Of a stretch of 64,000 nucleotides of DNA, positions 29,393 to 39,271 are shown piece after piece. Each line of letters begins with the position of its first letter. The first letter of the stretch is position 1. Source of the DNA: an uncultured Nitrososphaerota archaeon. GTDB taxonomy: Archaea; Thermoproteota; Nitrososphaeria; Nitrososphaerales; CADDZS01. The notes beneath the pieces were generated by a model, which saw only the letters and a program-made list of their open reading frames with translations, was not told the DNA's origin and searched no databases. Both the position numbers and the translations under genes were made by a program. The stretch is from assembly GCA_963799845.1 (NCBI GenBank), contig CAWCYI010000006.1, positions 544,001 through 608,000 on the forward strand, read 5' to 3'.

Positions 29393-30319
29393 TTAGGAGA
29401 GTCTCATTTGTGATTCGTCAGAGAGCTTTTCGTCGGCTTGTTCACCTGATTTTTTTCTCTCCATCTCGCCTAATACTTCTTCCTGCTTTGCATTTGAGAG
29501 ACCCAGCTTCATCAACATTTCGAGGGAATTCAATACCGCCGACCCGTGAAAATGATTGTTGAAGTATCCGTAGACTTTTTTCACTTTTTCGGAAACTTTC
29601 TCGACCCGGTCAATCCATGGATCAAGTTCATCCTCCGAATATTCGTAATTATACCAGACCCTCTTACCCTTTCCGTGCCACCTGATGAATGCGAAATTCG
29701 CGGTCACGGTCAGGTCTACAGGAAGCAAGGGTTCGTCAACAATCGTGTTTGAAACGTTATACTTTCTGAGAAGAGAATGAAGGCCCTCCGCGTCTTCCAA
29801 CCATGACGTGTTCCGGAATTCCGCCGCGAACATGTAATCGTCAGGTAAGATTTCCAGAAAATTTTCAAGAAGCCGAATATCTTTGCGAGCGAAACTCGGA
29901 GGAAGCTGGATCAACAACGGCCCAAGCTTTTTGGAATCTTTGAGCGGGGCAAGGATTTCAAGAAACTTTCCGAGGTCCACCTCGACTCCCTCCGCAAGAT
30001 CGAGCTTCTTATCGTGGGTAATCAATTTTGGAATCTTTGTCGAGAACTGAAAATCAGGCGGAGTGTTTCTGGCCCATCCGTAAGCAAGTCCCTTGTTGGG
30101 ATACGCATAGAAAGTCGAATCGATCTCGGCCGTTGAAAATACTCCCGAGTAGTACGACAATTTTGGCGTCTTGGAATCCGGATAGAAGACCTTCTCCCAC
30201 TCCTTGTAAGACCAGCCCGAAGTCCCAAGAAGTACTTTCTCGGAGTTGGCCTGCTCATCTTTCTTGTTGAAGTATTGGTTATTTTTTGTCAAAGGTCGCA
30301 GTTCTCTTGAAAGCGGCAA
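29393..30319 (-). CDS. DUF72 (UPF0759) protein
   Basis: Motifs GTSGWSY..W, EIDSTFY, QLPPSF and YFNN. The true start is probably downstream of the annotated one. Confidence 0.9.
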   Translation of the reverse strand: MPLSRELRPLTKNNQYFNKKDEQANSEKVLLGTSGWSYKEWEKVFYPDSKTPKLSYYSGVFSTAEIDSTFYAYPNKGLAYGWARNTPPDFQFSTKIPKLITHDKKLDLAEGVEVDLGKFLEILAPLKDSKKLGPLLIQLPPSFARKDIRLLENFLEILPDDYMFAAEFRNTSWLEDAEGLHSLLRKYNVSNTIVDEPLLPVDLTVTANFAFIRWHGKGKRVWYNYEYSEDELDPWIDRVEKVSEKVKKVYGYFNNHFHGSAVLNSLEMLMKLGLSNAKQEEVLGEMERKKSGEQADEKLSDESQMRLS

Positions 30320-30470
30320 AGGGCAATCTCAAACTACAGAAGGGTTTTCTATAACCAAAGTTGTAATATTTGCTATAAATTAGTACTAGCTAGAGCACTA
30401 TATAGAATCTGGAATATCGATAGTAAAGATATTAATCGGATTTAGACATTTTAACATCGGCCATAAGAAT

Positions 30471-30626
30471 ATGGCCGTTGTCCTAAACAGTTGCGCACGG
30501 TGCGGGAGGGAAATTTCCCAGCATGAGGTCGGGTATTTTAATTTGAACGAGAGGACCGATCGATTCGACCTCGAATGCAGAGTGTGCTATAAATTTGAAA
30601 AACTGGGACAGAACGAAATCGTCTAG
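30471..30626 (+). CDS. 51-aa zinc-finger microprotein (not in ORF track)
   Basis: MAVVLNSCARCGREISQHEVGYFNLNERTDRFDLECRVCYKFEKLGQNEIV; TATA-like ATATTAAT upstream. Confidence 0.7.
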   Translation: MAVVLNSCARCGREISQHEVGYFNLNERTDRFDLECRVCYKFEKLGQNEIV

Positions 30627-30678
30627 CTTTCTCTTTACTAGCTAGCGATAGTCTCTTTTGTTTGGAGAAACTATTGCT

Positions 30679-32988
30679 CTAGTAGAGGGCCGCGTAGTAT
30701 TCTGGCATTCCGCCGCCAGTAGTGTAGATAGCCGGGTTGAAGTAGAACCCATGGATATTCGATGTTATCACCGTGACAATCGCCGGATAGAACGTCCAGA
30801 TGTCCATTACTTCCTGATTTGCAAGTATTGACATCGCGTTAGCGGCCTGAGCTACTTCGGTTGAGTTACCGGTCGCGGTCCCCGCTTCTGCCTGATTCCA
30901 GTAGGTCTGCATCTGAGTCAAGTTCCATCCGCCCGGTGCGGTGTAGATACCTCCCGGTGAAAGGATCGGGCCCAGAAAGTCGGTAGCCCACGGATAGTCG
31001 TCATACCATCCGAACGGCGCTTCAGCCCAAGAATAAACCTGTCCTGAGAAGGCTTCCGTAGTCATCTGACCTAAAGGAACCGGAAGGACGGTGACCGTGA
31101 GGCCCATATTGTAGGTAGAACTCACATTGTTTATCGCAGAGGCAAGAGAAGTGTAAATCGCCGAATCGACTGTATCTCCGGTTGCGTAGACCAGACTTAC
31201 TGTTTGTCCAACCGGGTTCTTGCAGGTCCCTCCATTTGACTGGAGAGCGGCCGCCGAGCAACCGAAAGTGTTGTTGAAGACTCCTGAAGGCGCAACAGTC
31301 CCGTTATAGAATGTAAAGTGGGTCAGTGGCGTCTCCATCGCACTCAGTAGGAGGTCCTGAACCGCGGTAAGGTTGAAGCTGTATCTCGTAGAAACGGAGG
31401 CATTGTAAGATCCGCTCGGAGGGAATCCTGGTGGTATCAACTCGTTTGCAACCTGGCCCAGCTTGTTGTTCGTGTTGACATTGACATCTGAGATATTGAC
31501 GGCATCAGCAAAAGCAAGCCGCATCCTGATGTCCGCGAAGGGCTGGAAAGAGTAGTAGGTCCCCGTCAGAGGGTTCGAGACGTTGGTTCCGAAAGGATCA
31601 AACCAAGTGGCGTACTGAGTGAAGGTTCCGTAGATCGTCACTCCGGAAACGTCAGAGACAAGTTTTCCATTATCTAGCCACTGAGTCCTGTCCGCAATAT
31701 CGTATAGGTGATCGTTCGTGATGTCGATTGACATGGCCTGCCCCGACCTGGCCGCGTTTTCTATGTCAAGATCTCTGGTCGTCTGCGAAGGCACGTAATT
31801 GATGTTAATTGTTGGAATTTGCGCCTTGATGTGATTTGGCCCGCCCCAGTAGGTCGGGTTAATCTTCAAGATGATGTTGTTGGTGGATTGCCCCACGCTC
31901 TGGATCACATAAGGACCGGTCCCGGCGAGAGAACCTTCGTACGAACCGTCGAGATAAGTCTGCGCGCACCCTTTCGGCGTTATCCCGGCGTTGCAGGTCG
32001 CGACAAAATCGTCCAAGTATTGGTTAATCATCTGGGTGGCGTTTCCGCTTGGGTTTGAATATGGCAGGGTGTAGCCGTTGCTCGCCTGGCTCCAGAGGGC
32101 GAGATCTTTCTGCATCGTATAGTCGGGAGCGATGATGTTCGCCCAGAGGTTTGCAATGAGGTATGGCAGCGCCGCGTTTGGATTTTGAATGTGCAAAGTG
32201 AGCGTATAGGGGCCGGTTATCTGTACAAAATCCTGCCCTAGGACTTCGCCCGCCCAAGCCTGAGTGTAATTCTGTGGCCCGCTGAAGACCGTGCTGAGAC
32301 TCTTGTTTTCAAGCTGTTGCAGGATCCAGGACGCCTGCGTCCCATGCGATGGCGGGGCGCTACCATCAAAAATCAGCAGTCTGTTGAATGCGAAATATAC
32401 GGAAGTGGAATTCATCTGCTCCCCGTCGGCAAAGTTGATTCCGGTTCTTAGAGTAAAGTTGGCAGTTAGTCCGTTGGCAGCAATAGAGTAATTCTGCGCA
32501 AGCCAGGGGACTACTGCTGCTCCGTTCGTCCCGTTGAACCAGAGAAGCGGCTCGTAGACATTCTGTTGAATCGCGGCACCGTAAATGTCGTAAGAGACCT
32601 GAGGATCGATGTACTGGATTGTCGAATAAGTCTCGAACGTAAGTACCTGCGGAATTGCCGCGCTTGACGAAGAACTGGAGCTTGTCGAGGAGCTCGAAGT
32701 GGAGGAAGACGATGAACTTGTGGAGGATTGGCTAACTAGAGAAGATGTTGATGATGACGATGAAACTGAGGAGGACTGGCTGGTCGAGGACGAAGAACTC
32801 GAAGAAGCGGGCAAGGTTGTCGAAGTGGTGGAAGAAGAGCTGGCTCTGCTTAATGTCAAAGCCAGTCCACCTGCAACAATAATGATAATGATAACTACAA
32901 CTATTCCAATCGTCACCGTTCGGGAAATAGCATTCAAGAACCTAGATTTACGAGATGAGAGCATTGAAGCAATCGTGAAATGATCCAT
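30679..32988 (-). CDS. ABC transporter substrate-binding protein (family 5, peptide/oligosaccharide)
   Basis: Class III-like N-terminus (RKSRFLNA/ISRT + TM) and Ser/Thr linker; motifs IDPQ, VYEPL and GTGPY. Confidence 0.9.
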   Translation of the reverse strand: MDHFTIASMLSSRKSRFLNAISRTVTIGIVVVIIIIIVAGGLALTLSRASSSSTTSTTLPASSSSSSSTSQSSSVSSSSSTSSLVSQSSTSSSSSSTSSSSTSSSSSSSAAIPQVLTFETYSTIQYIDPQVSYDIYGAAIQQNVYEPLLWFNGTNGAAVVPWLAQNYSIAANGLTANFTLRTGINFADGEQMNSTSVYFAFNRLLIFDGSAPPSHGTQASWILQQLENKSLSTVFSGPQNYTQAWAGEVLGQDFVQITGPYTLTLHIQNPNAALPYLIANLWANIIAPDYTMQKDLALWSQASNGYTLPYSNPSGNATQMINQYLDDFVATCNAGITPKGCAQTYLDGSYEGSLAGTGPYVIQSVGQSTNNIILKINPTYWGGPNHIKAQIPTININYVPSQTTRDLDIENAARSGQAMSIDITNDHLYDIADRTQWLDNGKLVSDVSGVTIYGTFTQYATWFDPFGTNVSNPLTGTYYSFQPFADIRMRLAFADAVNISDVNVNTNNKLGQVANELIPPGFPPSGSYNASVSTRYSFNLTAVQDLLLSAMETPLTHFTFYNGTVAPSGVFNNTFGCSAAALQSNGGTCKNPVGQTVSLVYATGDTVDSAIYTSLASAINNVSSTYNMGLTVTVLPVPLGQMTTEAFSGQVYSWAEAPFGWYDDYPWATDFLGPILSPGGIYTAPGGWNLTQMQTYWNQAEAGTATGNSTEVAQAANAMSILANQEVMDIWTFYPAIVTVITSNIHGFYFNPAIYTTGGGMPEYYAALY

Positions 32989-33247
32989 TATATTAAGAAT
33001 TTTCGGGATTCCCGCGCAGGAAATGAATATTTCAAGATAAGAAAAACGACCTAGGTACCTGCTTAGACAGGGCAGGCGCCCTAACTTATCATGGTTGACG
33101 CAAATACTAAGTCCGTTTCAAGTCAGGCAGAATCAACTTGCATTATTGGCTAGAGATAGCACTCAAGATATCGGTAGTTTTCAGCATTGTCGAGGAGCTG
33201 CGATCCGCACTTTGGACAGTAGAAGTACGTTGATTCCTTTGTACTCA

Positions 33248-34468
33248 CTAGAACTGGTTACCGCAATTCGGGCAGAACTTTGCCGAAGCCTTTATACTCG
33301 CTCCGCATTTAGGACATATTTTTTGATCCTGAGCCTGCGCAACAGCTGCCCCGCAATTGGGACAGAACTTTTGTCCCGGAGATAAGGGGGTGCCGCACTG
33401 GGCGCAGAATATCTGTTTTCCATCGCCCTGAGTTTGAGCCGCAGGTGCAGCCTGCTGTTTCGGGACTGCCGCTTGGTTCTGATTTGCGCCGCAGTTGGGA
33501 CAGAAAGTGTTCCCGGCGGGAATAATCGATCCGCAGTTGATGCACGCCTTTGTAGGCTGTTGCGCGCCCATCATTCCCTGAGCAAACTGGCCGCCCACCG
33601 CTCCCCCGAGACCTATTCCCGCTCCCAGGCCAACTCCTGCTGCCGCGACACCACCGCTTGGATTGCTCGCAGCTTCTGTCATCGCCTGACCCGCCTGGTA
33701 CTGCATGTAGTTGACGCCGAGAACCGACATCTGCGATCTCGTGTCTATCGCCTTCTGGACTTCCTCCGGGAGGCTGATAGTCAGACCGGAGATTTTGTTG
33801 ATTTCGACACCGTACTGACCAAAGTTGTCGGGAGAAGTGGCAAGGATCACCTGCTCCAGGTTAGTCAGATTTCCCGCGAGATCGGTCACCTTCATTCCCT
33901 GCGCCTTCATCTTTCCGAGGGCGTTGTAGACGAGGATGAGCATCTGCTCGCGAAGTCTCGACTCGACGTCTGCTGAAGTTTCCGCGCTGAACGTTCCGAC
34001 GAACTGATTAATGAAATTCTCCGGCCCAGAGACCCGCCACCTGTACTCGCCGAAAACCCGGAGGTTTATTATACCGAAGGTTGGATCGGTGAACTGGTAA
34101 GGCTGGGTTGATCCAAACTTACCGTCCATGAACCTTTTCTGGAGATAGTATACCTCTGCCTGCTGCTGTACGCCTGTGAAAAATTTCAAGAGGCTGCCGA
34201 CTATCGGGGCGTTGAAATCCGTCAGAGCGTACCTGTTGGGCTGATCGAAATAGGTGAGCACCTTGCCGTCCCTGTAGAAGACGGCGATTTCATCTTCCCT
34301 AACGACAATGTTGTCGTTCAACCTAATCAAACGCGGGACCTTCCACATCACGTTGTCCTGCTTTTGGGCATCGTCCCATGCGATCGTAGTAGAACCCATT
34401 ACGCTGCCACCCGAACCTGGGTTGGCAGTGTTTGTCGTATCCGTATTCGATTTCTTTCCGAACACCAA
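33248..34468 (-). CDS. SPFH-like (YdjI / virion-core-like) protein with three C-terminal zinc ribbons
   Basis: Band-7-like N-domain, Gly/Ala-rich linker and repeated CxxCG...FCPNCG motifs. Confidence 0.85.
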   Translation of the reverse strand: MVFGKKSNTDTTNTANPGSGGSVMGSTTIAWDDAQKQDNVMWKVPRLIRLNDNIVVREDEIAVFYRDGKVLTYFDQPNRYALTDFNAPIVGSLLKFFTGVQQQAEVYYLQKRFMDGKFGSTQPYQFTDPTFGIINLRVFGEYRWRVSGPENFINQFVGTFSAETSADVESRLREQMLILVYNALGKMKAQGMKVTDLAGNLTNLEQVILATSPDNFGQYGVEINKISGLTISLPEEVQKAIDTRSQMSVLGVNYMQYQAGQAMTEAASNPSGGVAAAGVGLGAGIGLGGAVGGQFAQGMMGAQQPTKACINCGSIIPAGNTFCPNCGANQNQAAVPKQQAAPAAQTQGDGKQIFCAQCGTPLSPGQKFCPNCGAAVAQAQDQKICPKCGASIKASAKFCPNCGNQF

Positions 34469-34478
34469 TTATTTCACT

Positions 34479-35078
34479 CTAACCAGAACTTTTTGCCTGC
34501 GCGCCTTGGAGAATGTTCTCGACGGCTTCGATCCTCTGTGCCCATTTCTGCTTGAAATCCAAGAGCACGCCCTGAAGCCTCTGAAGCTGGGGCTGAATCG
34601 AGGCGGCATTTGCCGGATCGTAGGAAAGATTAGGGGCAGATGTATTGTTGACGAGTGCAATTGCCGCATTTACAAACGCGTAATCGTACTCATATAGCTG
34701 ATTCAACCGTGCGTCATCAAATGAGAATGTTGCGGCGAAGCCCGAGTACCCCTGCTGCGAGTGCCTGATCTCACCGCTGAACTGCTGTAACTGGGAAATC
34801 AGAGACCCAACGGTCGATAGGTTTGTAAAATCGCCCGCAAGTACCATCTGCTTTCTCAGAGATTCCATGTTTCCTTTTGCCAGATCAATCTTGTCCGCGA
34901 CTTGGTTTCTCAAGAGATCGTCCGAAACACGGATGTCTTCTTTGGACCGGTATCCACGGAGGCCTGGGATTATCAACTGTAATTTCTTAAGCGTCCCTCT
35001 CCCCTGATCCACCTGCTGGCGAATATCAGGATCTGACTGATCGGACGGCGGCGAACCTGCCGATTGCGGTGAAGACAT
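34479..35078 (-). CDS. Conserved helical hypothetical protein, co-transcribed with the SPFH-zinc ribbon gene
   Basis: IPGLRGYRSKEDIR.SD.LLR motif; 10-bp gap to the downstream gene. Confidence 0.8.
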   Translation of the reverse strand: MSSPQSAGSPPSDQSDPDIRQQVDQGRGTLKKLQLIIPGLRGYRSKEDIRVSDDLLRNQVADKIDLAKGNMESLRKQMVLAGDFTNLSTVGSLISQLQQFSGEIRHSQQGYSGFAATFSFDDARLNQLYEYDYAFVNAAIALVNNTSAPNLSYDPANAASIQPQLQRLQGVLLDFKQKWAQRIEAVENILQGAQAKSSG

Positions 35079-35620
35079 TCTAATTCAGCTCCCTAATTTT
35101 ATTTCGACATCGTATATACTTATTCAACATTATACGGCAGATCGATTTCGGCCAAACGAACGATCTGTCGCAGCCTCCCAATAAACGTATTCCAAGCTAG
35201 AGACTCTGTTTCGATCGCTCGAATTTCGAGCGGATACCAAAGAGACGTTTATTCGAGTACTCAGATTCTAGATAAACGAAGGATGTTGTTCGCAAACCTC
35301 GTCAGGATTAGGGAAAGGATCGAAAATCCAAGCACGACCAGAAATGCAAACTGAAGTGCGGCAAAGTGAATCGAAAGCGGAACAAGAAATAAGATCAGAG
35401 CTAATGCAAACGAATTCTTTGGATCGCGAAATCTCAGGGCACAGGTGCTCGTTGCGGTAATCCAAAACACTCCCCTCTGAAATCGTGTATTGCGCTTTTG
35501 AATAGAATCCTTGAGATTATCAATATACTTCAGTACTCGGACGGTTCTGATTCTCAAACCGGAATTCAGAACTGTCAAATTATTCTGGCTTTTATGACGT
35601 TTTCGGAGGTACAAATTAAT

Positions 35621-36657
35621 TCTCTTTTCCGACAATTATTTCGCAAGCTGGTAAACAGGAGTAGACTGGGAGAGTTTTGGAAGAGCGTAACAAAGCGTTA
35701 CGAGAAACATGTGCCCGCGAAGCTTGATAGCGACAAGATCAGTTACCTCTTCAGAGCTAGAGAAAGGGGCGAGACCTGCGCAAACATTGCTCTCCAGCTC
35801 GGGGTGTCAAAGAGGAGGGTTGAGCAGATACTTGCCCAGCATAGGAAAGGTGGGGGTGTGCCTCTCCTCCTCAAGAAACCAGGAAGGAAAAGCATTCCAA
35901 TTACCGACGAGGAAACTTCACTCGTCATTGATGCTTATCAGAGATATAGGGCAAACGCCCTCTACCTTGAACGAAAGATCGAGAGCGATAGCAAGATTCA
36001 CATCAACCACAACAGGATACACAGGGTGCTCCTGATGAACTCCTTTGCGTCAAACTCTAGGAAGAAGTGGATAAGGAGGAAGTGGGTCAGATACGAGAGG
36101 GAACACTCGAATTCATTATGGCATACGGACTGGCACGAGGTAAAGGATCCGAGGTGGAAGGGCAAGTGGCTCACCTGCTATGAAGATGATGCTTCTCGTC
36201 TCATTACCGGATTTGGGGTCCATGAAACGCTGACCTCGGAGTACTCTGTTTCCTGTCTTGAGAGCGCCATGAAGGAACACGGCAAACCTGCATCGATCCT
36301 ATCCGACCACGGAACCACATTTTACACGATGGAATCTGAGAGGAGGGAGAAGGGGATGACAGAATTCGAGAGGTGTCTCTTGAAGCACAAGATAAGATTC
36401 ATCCTCGGAAGAGTCAACCACCCCCAGACGAACGGCAAGATCGAGAAGTTCTTCGACATATTCGAGAGTAAGATCAAGTGGTTCTCCTCGATAGATGAGT
36501 TCATGAAGTGGTACAATGAAGTGAGGCCTCATGGAGCCCTTGACCTCAAGACGCCAACCCAGGCTTACTACGAGAAGATGCCGCAGTTAGATGCTCTTGA
36601 ATATCCTTTGTCTATGGAGGTCTCCTGACAGATGCGAAATGATTTCTGGAAAAAACA
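35621..36657 (+). mobile_element. IS481-family insertion sequence, copy 2 (1037 bp, 15-bp TSD GAGGTACAAATTAAT)
   Basis: Near-identical to copy 1; TSD at 35606-35620 and 36658-36672. Confidence 0.93.
35711..36628 (+). CDS. IS481-family DDE transposase (GTG start)
   Basis: Same protein as copy 1, but the in-frame start inside the element is GTG at 35711. Confidence 0.9.
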   Translation: MPAKLDSDKISYLFRARERGETCANIALQLGVSKRRVEQILAQHRKGGGVPLLLKKPGRKSIPITDEETSLVIDAYQRYRANALYLERKIESDSKIHINHNRIHRVLLMNSFASNSRKKWIRRKWVRYEREHSNSLWHTDWHEVKDPRWKGKWLTCYEDDASRLITGFGVHETLTSEYSVSCLESAMKEHGKPASILSDHGTTFYTMESERREKGMTEFERCLLKHKIRFILGRVNHPQTNGKIEKFFDIFESKIKWFSSIDEFMKWYNEVRPHGALDLKTPTQAYYEKMPQLDALEYPLSMEVS

Positions 36658-36696
36658 GAGGTACAAATTAATCCTGAAAATCCTGTCAGATCATTT

Positions 36697-37935
36697 TCAG
36701 AATCCATAGCTGGACTTTAGGACAGCTGGGATTTTTTCGGAGCTTTCCGCGAGTGGAACAAGCGAAATATCCTTGAAGGGCGGAGAGTAATCCTTGAACC
36801 CGCCGCCTGTCAATATTGCGAGCACCTTTTCGTCTTGCTGAACTCTCCCCTCCTTGATCGATTTCTCGACGCCAGCGAGTGCGGTCGCGGAGGAGACTTC
36901 AGTAAAGATTCCTTCTGTAGCGGCGATCTTTCTCTGCGCGGAAATAATTTCCTCATCAGATAGTGCAATGCCGAAGCCATTTGATCGTCTTACAGCAACG
37001 AGAGCATGTTCTGTTCCAAAGTTCACGCGGAGGGCCCCCGCAACAGTGTCCGCTCTTTCTGTATCCGGTACTTTGTCAGCTCCGCTATCAATCGCTGCAA
37101 CGGTCGGACTGGAGTTCAGACCCTGCGCAACGACCATCCTCGGAATCTTGTCAACGGCTCCCCTCTCCTTAAGCTCCTGAAACCCCTTGAAAATCCCGTA
37201 GAGGAGGTCTCCCCCGGCTGTGGGGACAAGGACGTAATCTGGAAGCTCCGAATTCAAACAATCGGAAGCGATTTCGTATGCGATTGTCTTCAGCCCGTCG
37301 ATGAGAAGAGGATTGTAAGGTGCCCATACAAAATGATTCAGCCAGTCGGGGAGCGCCTTTTGTGTAAGATCAAGTGCTCGAGCAAGCGTTTGCTGGTTAC
37401 GAAAGATCTCCCTGACCCTGAGCAAGTCAGCCCCGTACATCGCTATCTGGCCGAGTTTGGAGGGAGTAGAGTCTTCCCTTATCAAAACGAGGCACCTGAG
37501 CCCTGCTCTTGCCGAATAAGCAGAAATCGCGGCGGCGGCATTTCCGGAGGAAGCAGTAAAGACCCCAGGCTTGTGCCACTCCATGGCGAGTGAAAGCCCC
37601 AGTGAAGCTGCACGGTCCTTGAAAGATCCGCTCGGATTTTGACCTTCGACCTTGCACCAGAGACTCGAACTACCGATCAAATTTCCATACCTTCTTGCTT
37701 CGATTAAAGGAGTCCACCCCTCACGCATCGAGATGATGTTTGCATCATAAACCGGCGGCATCATATCCCTGAACTGCCAGATGGATTTTCTCGGCGCATT
37801 GAGATCGAATTCCTTTCCGTCGAGGTCGTATCTCCCGCTTAAAATGCCGGAACATTTCGCGCATCGCGAATGAGTGTCAACCGGATATTCAGCTTCGCAT
37901 GAAATGCACCGGAGGGATTGGAAGCGGTTTTTCAC
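36697..37935 (-). CDS. Threonine synthase-like PLP enzyme
   Basis: N-terminal Zn ribbon; motifs EGWTPL, NPSGSFKDR and ASSGNA. Confidence 0.88.
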   Translation of the reverse strand: MKNRFQSLRCISCEAEYPVDTHSRCAKCSGILSGRYDLDGKEFDLNAPRKSIWQFRDMMPPVYDANIISMREGWTPLIEARRYGNLIGSSSLWCKVEGQNPSGSFKDRAASLGLSLAMEWHKPGVFTASSGNAAAAISAYSARAGLRCLVLIREDSTPSKLGQIAMYGADLLRVREIFRNQQTLARALDLTQKALPDWLNHFVWAPYNPLLIDGLKTIAYEIASDCLNSELPDYVLVPTAGGDLLYGIFKGFQELKERGAVDKIPRMVVAQGLNSSPTVAAIDSGADKVPDTERADTVAGALRVNFGTEHALVAVRRSNGFGIALSDEEIISAQRKIAATEGIFTEVSSATALAGVEKSIKEGRVQQDEKVLAILTGGGFKDYSPPFKDISLVPLAESSEKIPAVLKSSYGF

Positions 37936-37977
37936 AAATTACACTTTCCTTGTGCCCTAATGATATTGTTTGCTGGG

Positions 37978-39120
37978 TTAGATGATCAGCTTTTCTTTCT
38001 CCAGCGAACGATTCTTGAATCGGTTAATGTCAAGCGTCGATACGTCGATGTGTGGCTTTTTTCCAACTAGAATTTCTGCCATGATTTTGCCTATGGCAGG
38101 CGAGTGCATAAAGCCGTGGCCGGCAAATCCCGCACAGCAGTAAAGTCCCTCGATTTCCGGAATTGCCGAGACTATTGGATTGGCGTCGGGCGCCATCTCG
38201 TAGAGGCCCTGATTTGCGTAGGAGATTGAAGCTTCCGCAAGGGCTGGCACTCGCTCAATAGCTCGTGACATCAACCGCTCGTCGTGGTCTGGAGGAAATT
38301 CTAACTCAAACCCGGGACGCGTATTCTGGTTGTCTCCGATCAGGATACCGTTGCCTTCTCTACCAAGAGCGAGCGTCGAGTCCACGTCGATTACCAGGGG
38401 GATACTCAAAGGAATTCCGTTCGTCAAGCTTCTAGTTACCAGAACCCGTCGAGGAACTGGAACGATCGGAATATCGATTCCTGCGAGCTTACCGACCAGT
38501 CCCGAGTAAGCGCCAGCGGCAATAACTATCTTATCGCACTGAACCAAGTTGTCAGAAGCTATCAATCCTTTGACATGACTTTCGACTCTGATTTCGGTGA
38601 CATCACAGTTTTCGTTGAACTCGACACCCATCTCCTTCGCTTTTGAAACAAAACCCTGGTGTATCGCGAGAGTGGAGGCATGTCCATCCTCTCCGCAAAA
38701 AGTCCCACCGAGGATCCCCGTAAAGTCGTAGAATGGAAGACGGCTTTCCAGCTCTTCCCGGGAAACAAATTCAATAGGTACACCCAAGCTTCTCTGTAGG
38801 TCCATGTTCTTCTGAAGTTGGTGGATCGACGATTCCCGAGATGCTATGAATGTGTAGCCGTCGTGTCGAACGAGCGGATCATAACCGGCAAGTTCTTTGA
38901 AGTTGTCGATGATCCCGATGCTTTCTTGGCTCAGGCGAACGCTGAGTTCGTTTGAGAACTGGTAACGAAAACCACCGAGTGAGGCCGAGGTGCTGCCGCT
39001 TCCTGCCTTTCCCTTGTCAAATACTGCGACATCATTCGCCCCGTACAGAGCCAAGTTGTAGGCGATACTGGCGCCAATAATTCCAGCGCCTATTATCGCG
39101 ATCGAAACTCTTGACTTCAA
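37978..39120 (-). CDS. FAD-dependent oxidoreductase (DAO / sarcosine oxidase beta / proline dehydrogenase-like)
   Basis: Motifs IIGAGIIG, PDANPI and GFAGHGFMHSPAIG. Confidence 0.9.
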   Translation of the reverse strand: MKSRVSIAIIGAGIIGASIAYNLALYGANDVAVFDKGKAGSGSTSASLGGFRYQFSNELSVRLSQESIGIIDNFKELAGYDPLVRHDGYTFIASRESSIHQLQKNMDLQRSLGVPIEFVSREELESRLPFYDFTGILGGTFCGEDGHASTLAIHQGFVSKAKEMGVEFNENCDVTEIRVESHVKGLIASDNLVQCDKIVIAAGAYSGLVGKLAGIDIPIVPVPRRVLVTRSLTNGIPLSIPLVIDVDSTLALGREGNGILIGDNQNTRPGFELEFPPDHDERLMSRAIERVPALAEASISYANQGLYEMAPDANPIVSAIPEIEGLYCCAGFAGHGFMHSPAIGKIMAEILVGKKPHIDVSTLDINRFKNRSLEKEKLII

Positions 39121-39271
39121 AGTGAGATACCCTGCTTATGATGTACGAGAAACTGAAACCAAAATTGGACAAGAAATACCTTGCCGTAAAAAACTATCAA
39201 GGCATTGATCGAAAGCAAGTGTCCGGTGTCCGTTCTGCCTTCCAAAACCAAAGACCAGTCATGTCAGAGAA

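Noticed and set aside
32660-32845. Low-complexity repeats (also 17975-18000)
   Set aside because: These are Ser/Thr-rich linker coding sequences, not CRISPR or tandem DNA repeats. The antisense acidic ORF 32699..32983 is a shadow.
35261-35635. 124-aa minus-strand ORF as a gene interrupted by IS copy 2
   Set aside because: Removing the IS does not yield a longer ORF with a start (in-frame stop immediately upstream). Only the hydrophobic C-terminal part might be a real small gene.
35498-35710. N-terminal extension of the 376-aa transposase ORF
   Set aside because: It starts outside the IS left end (35621), so it is read-through from flanking DNA.
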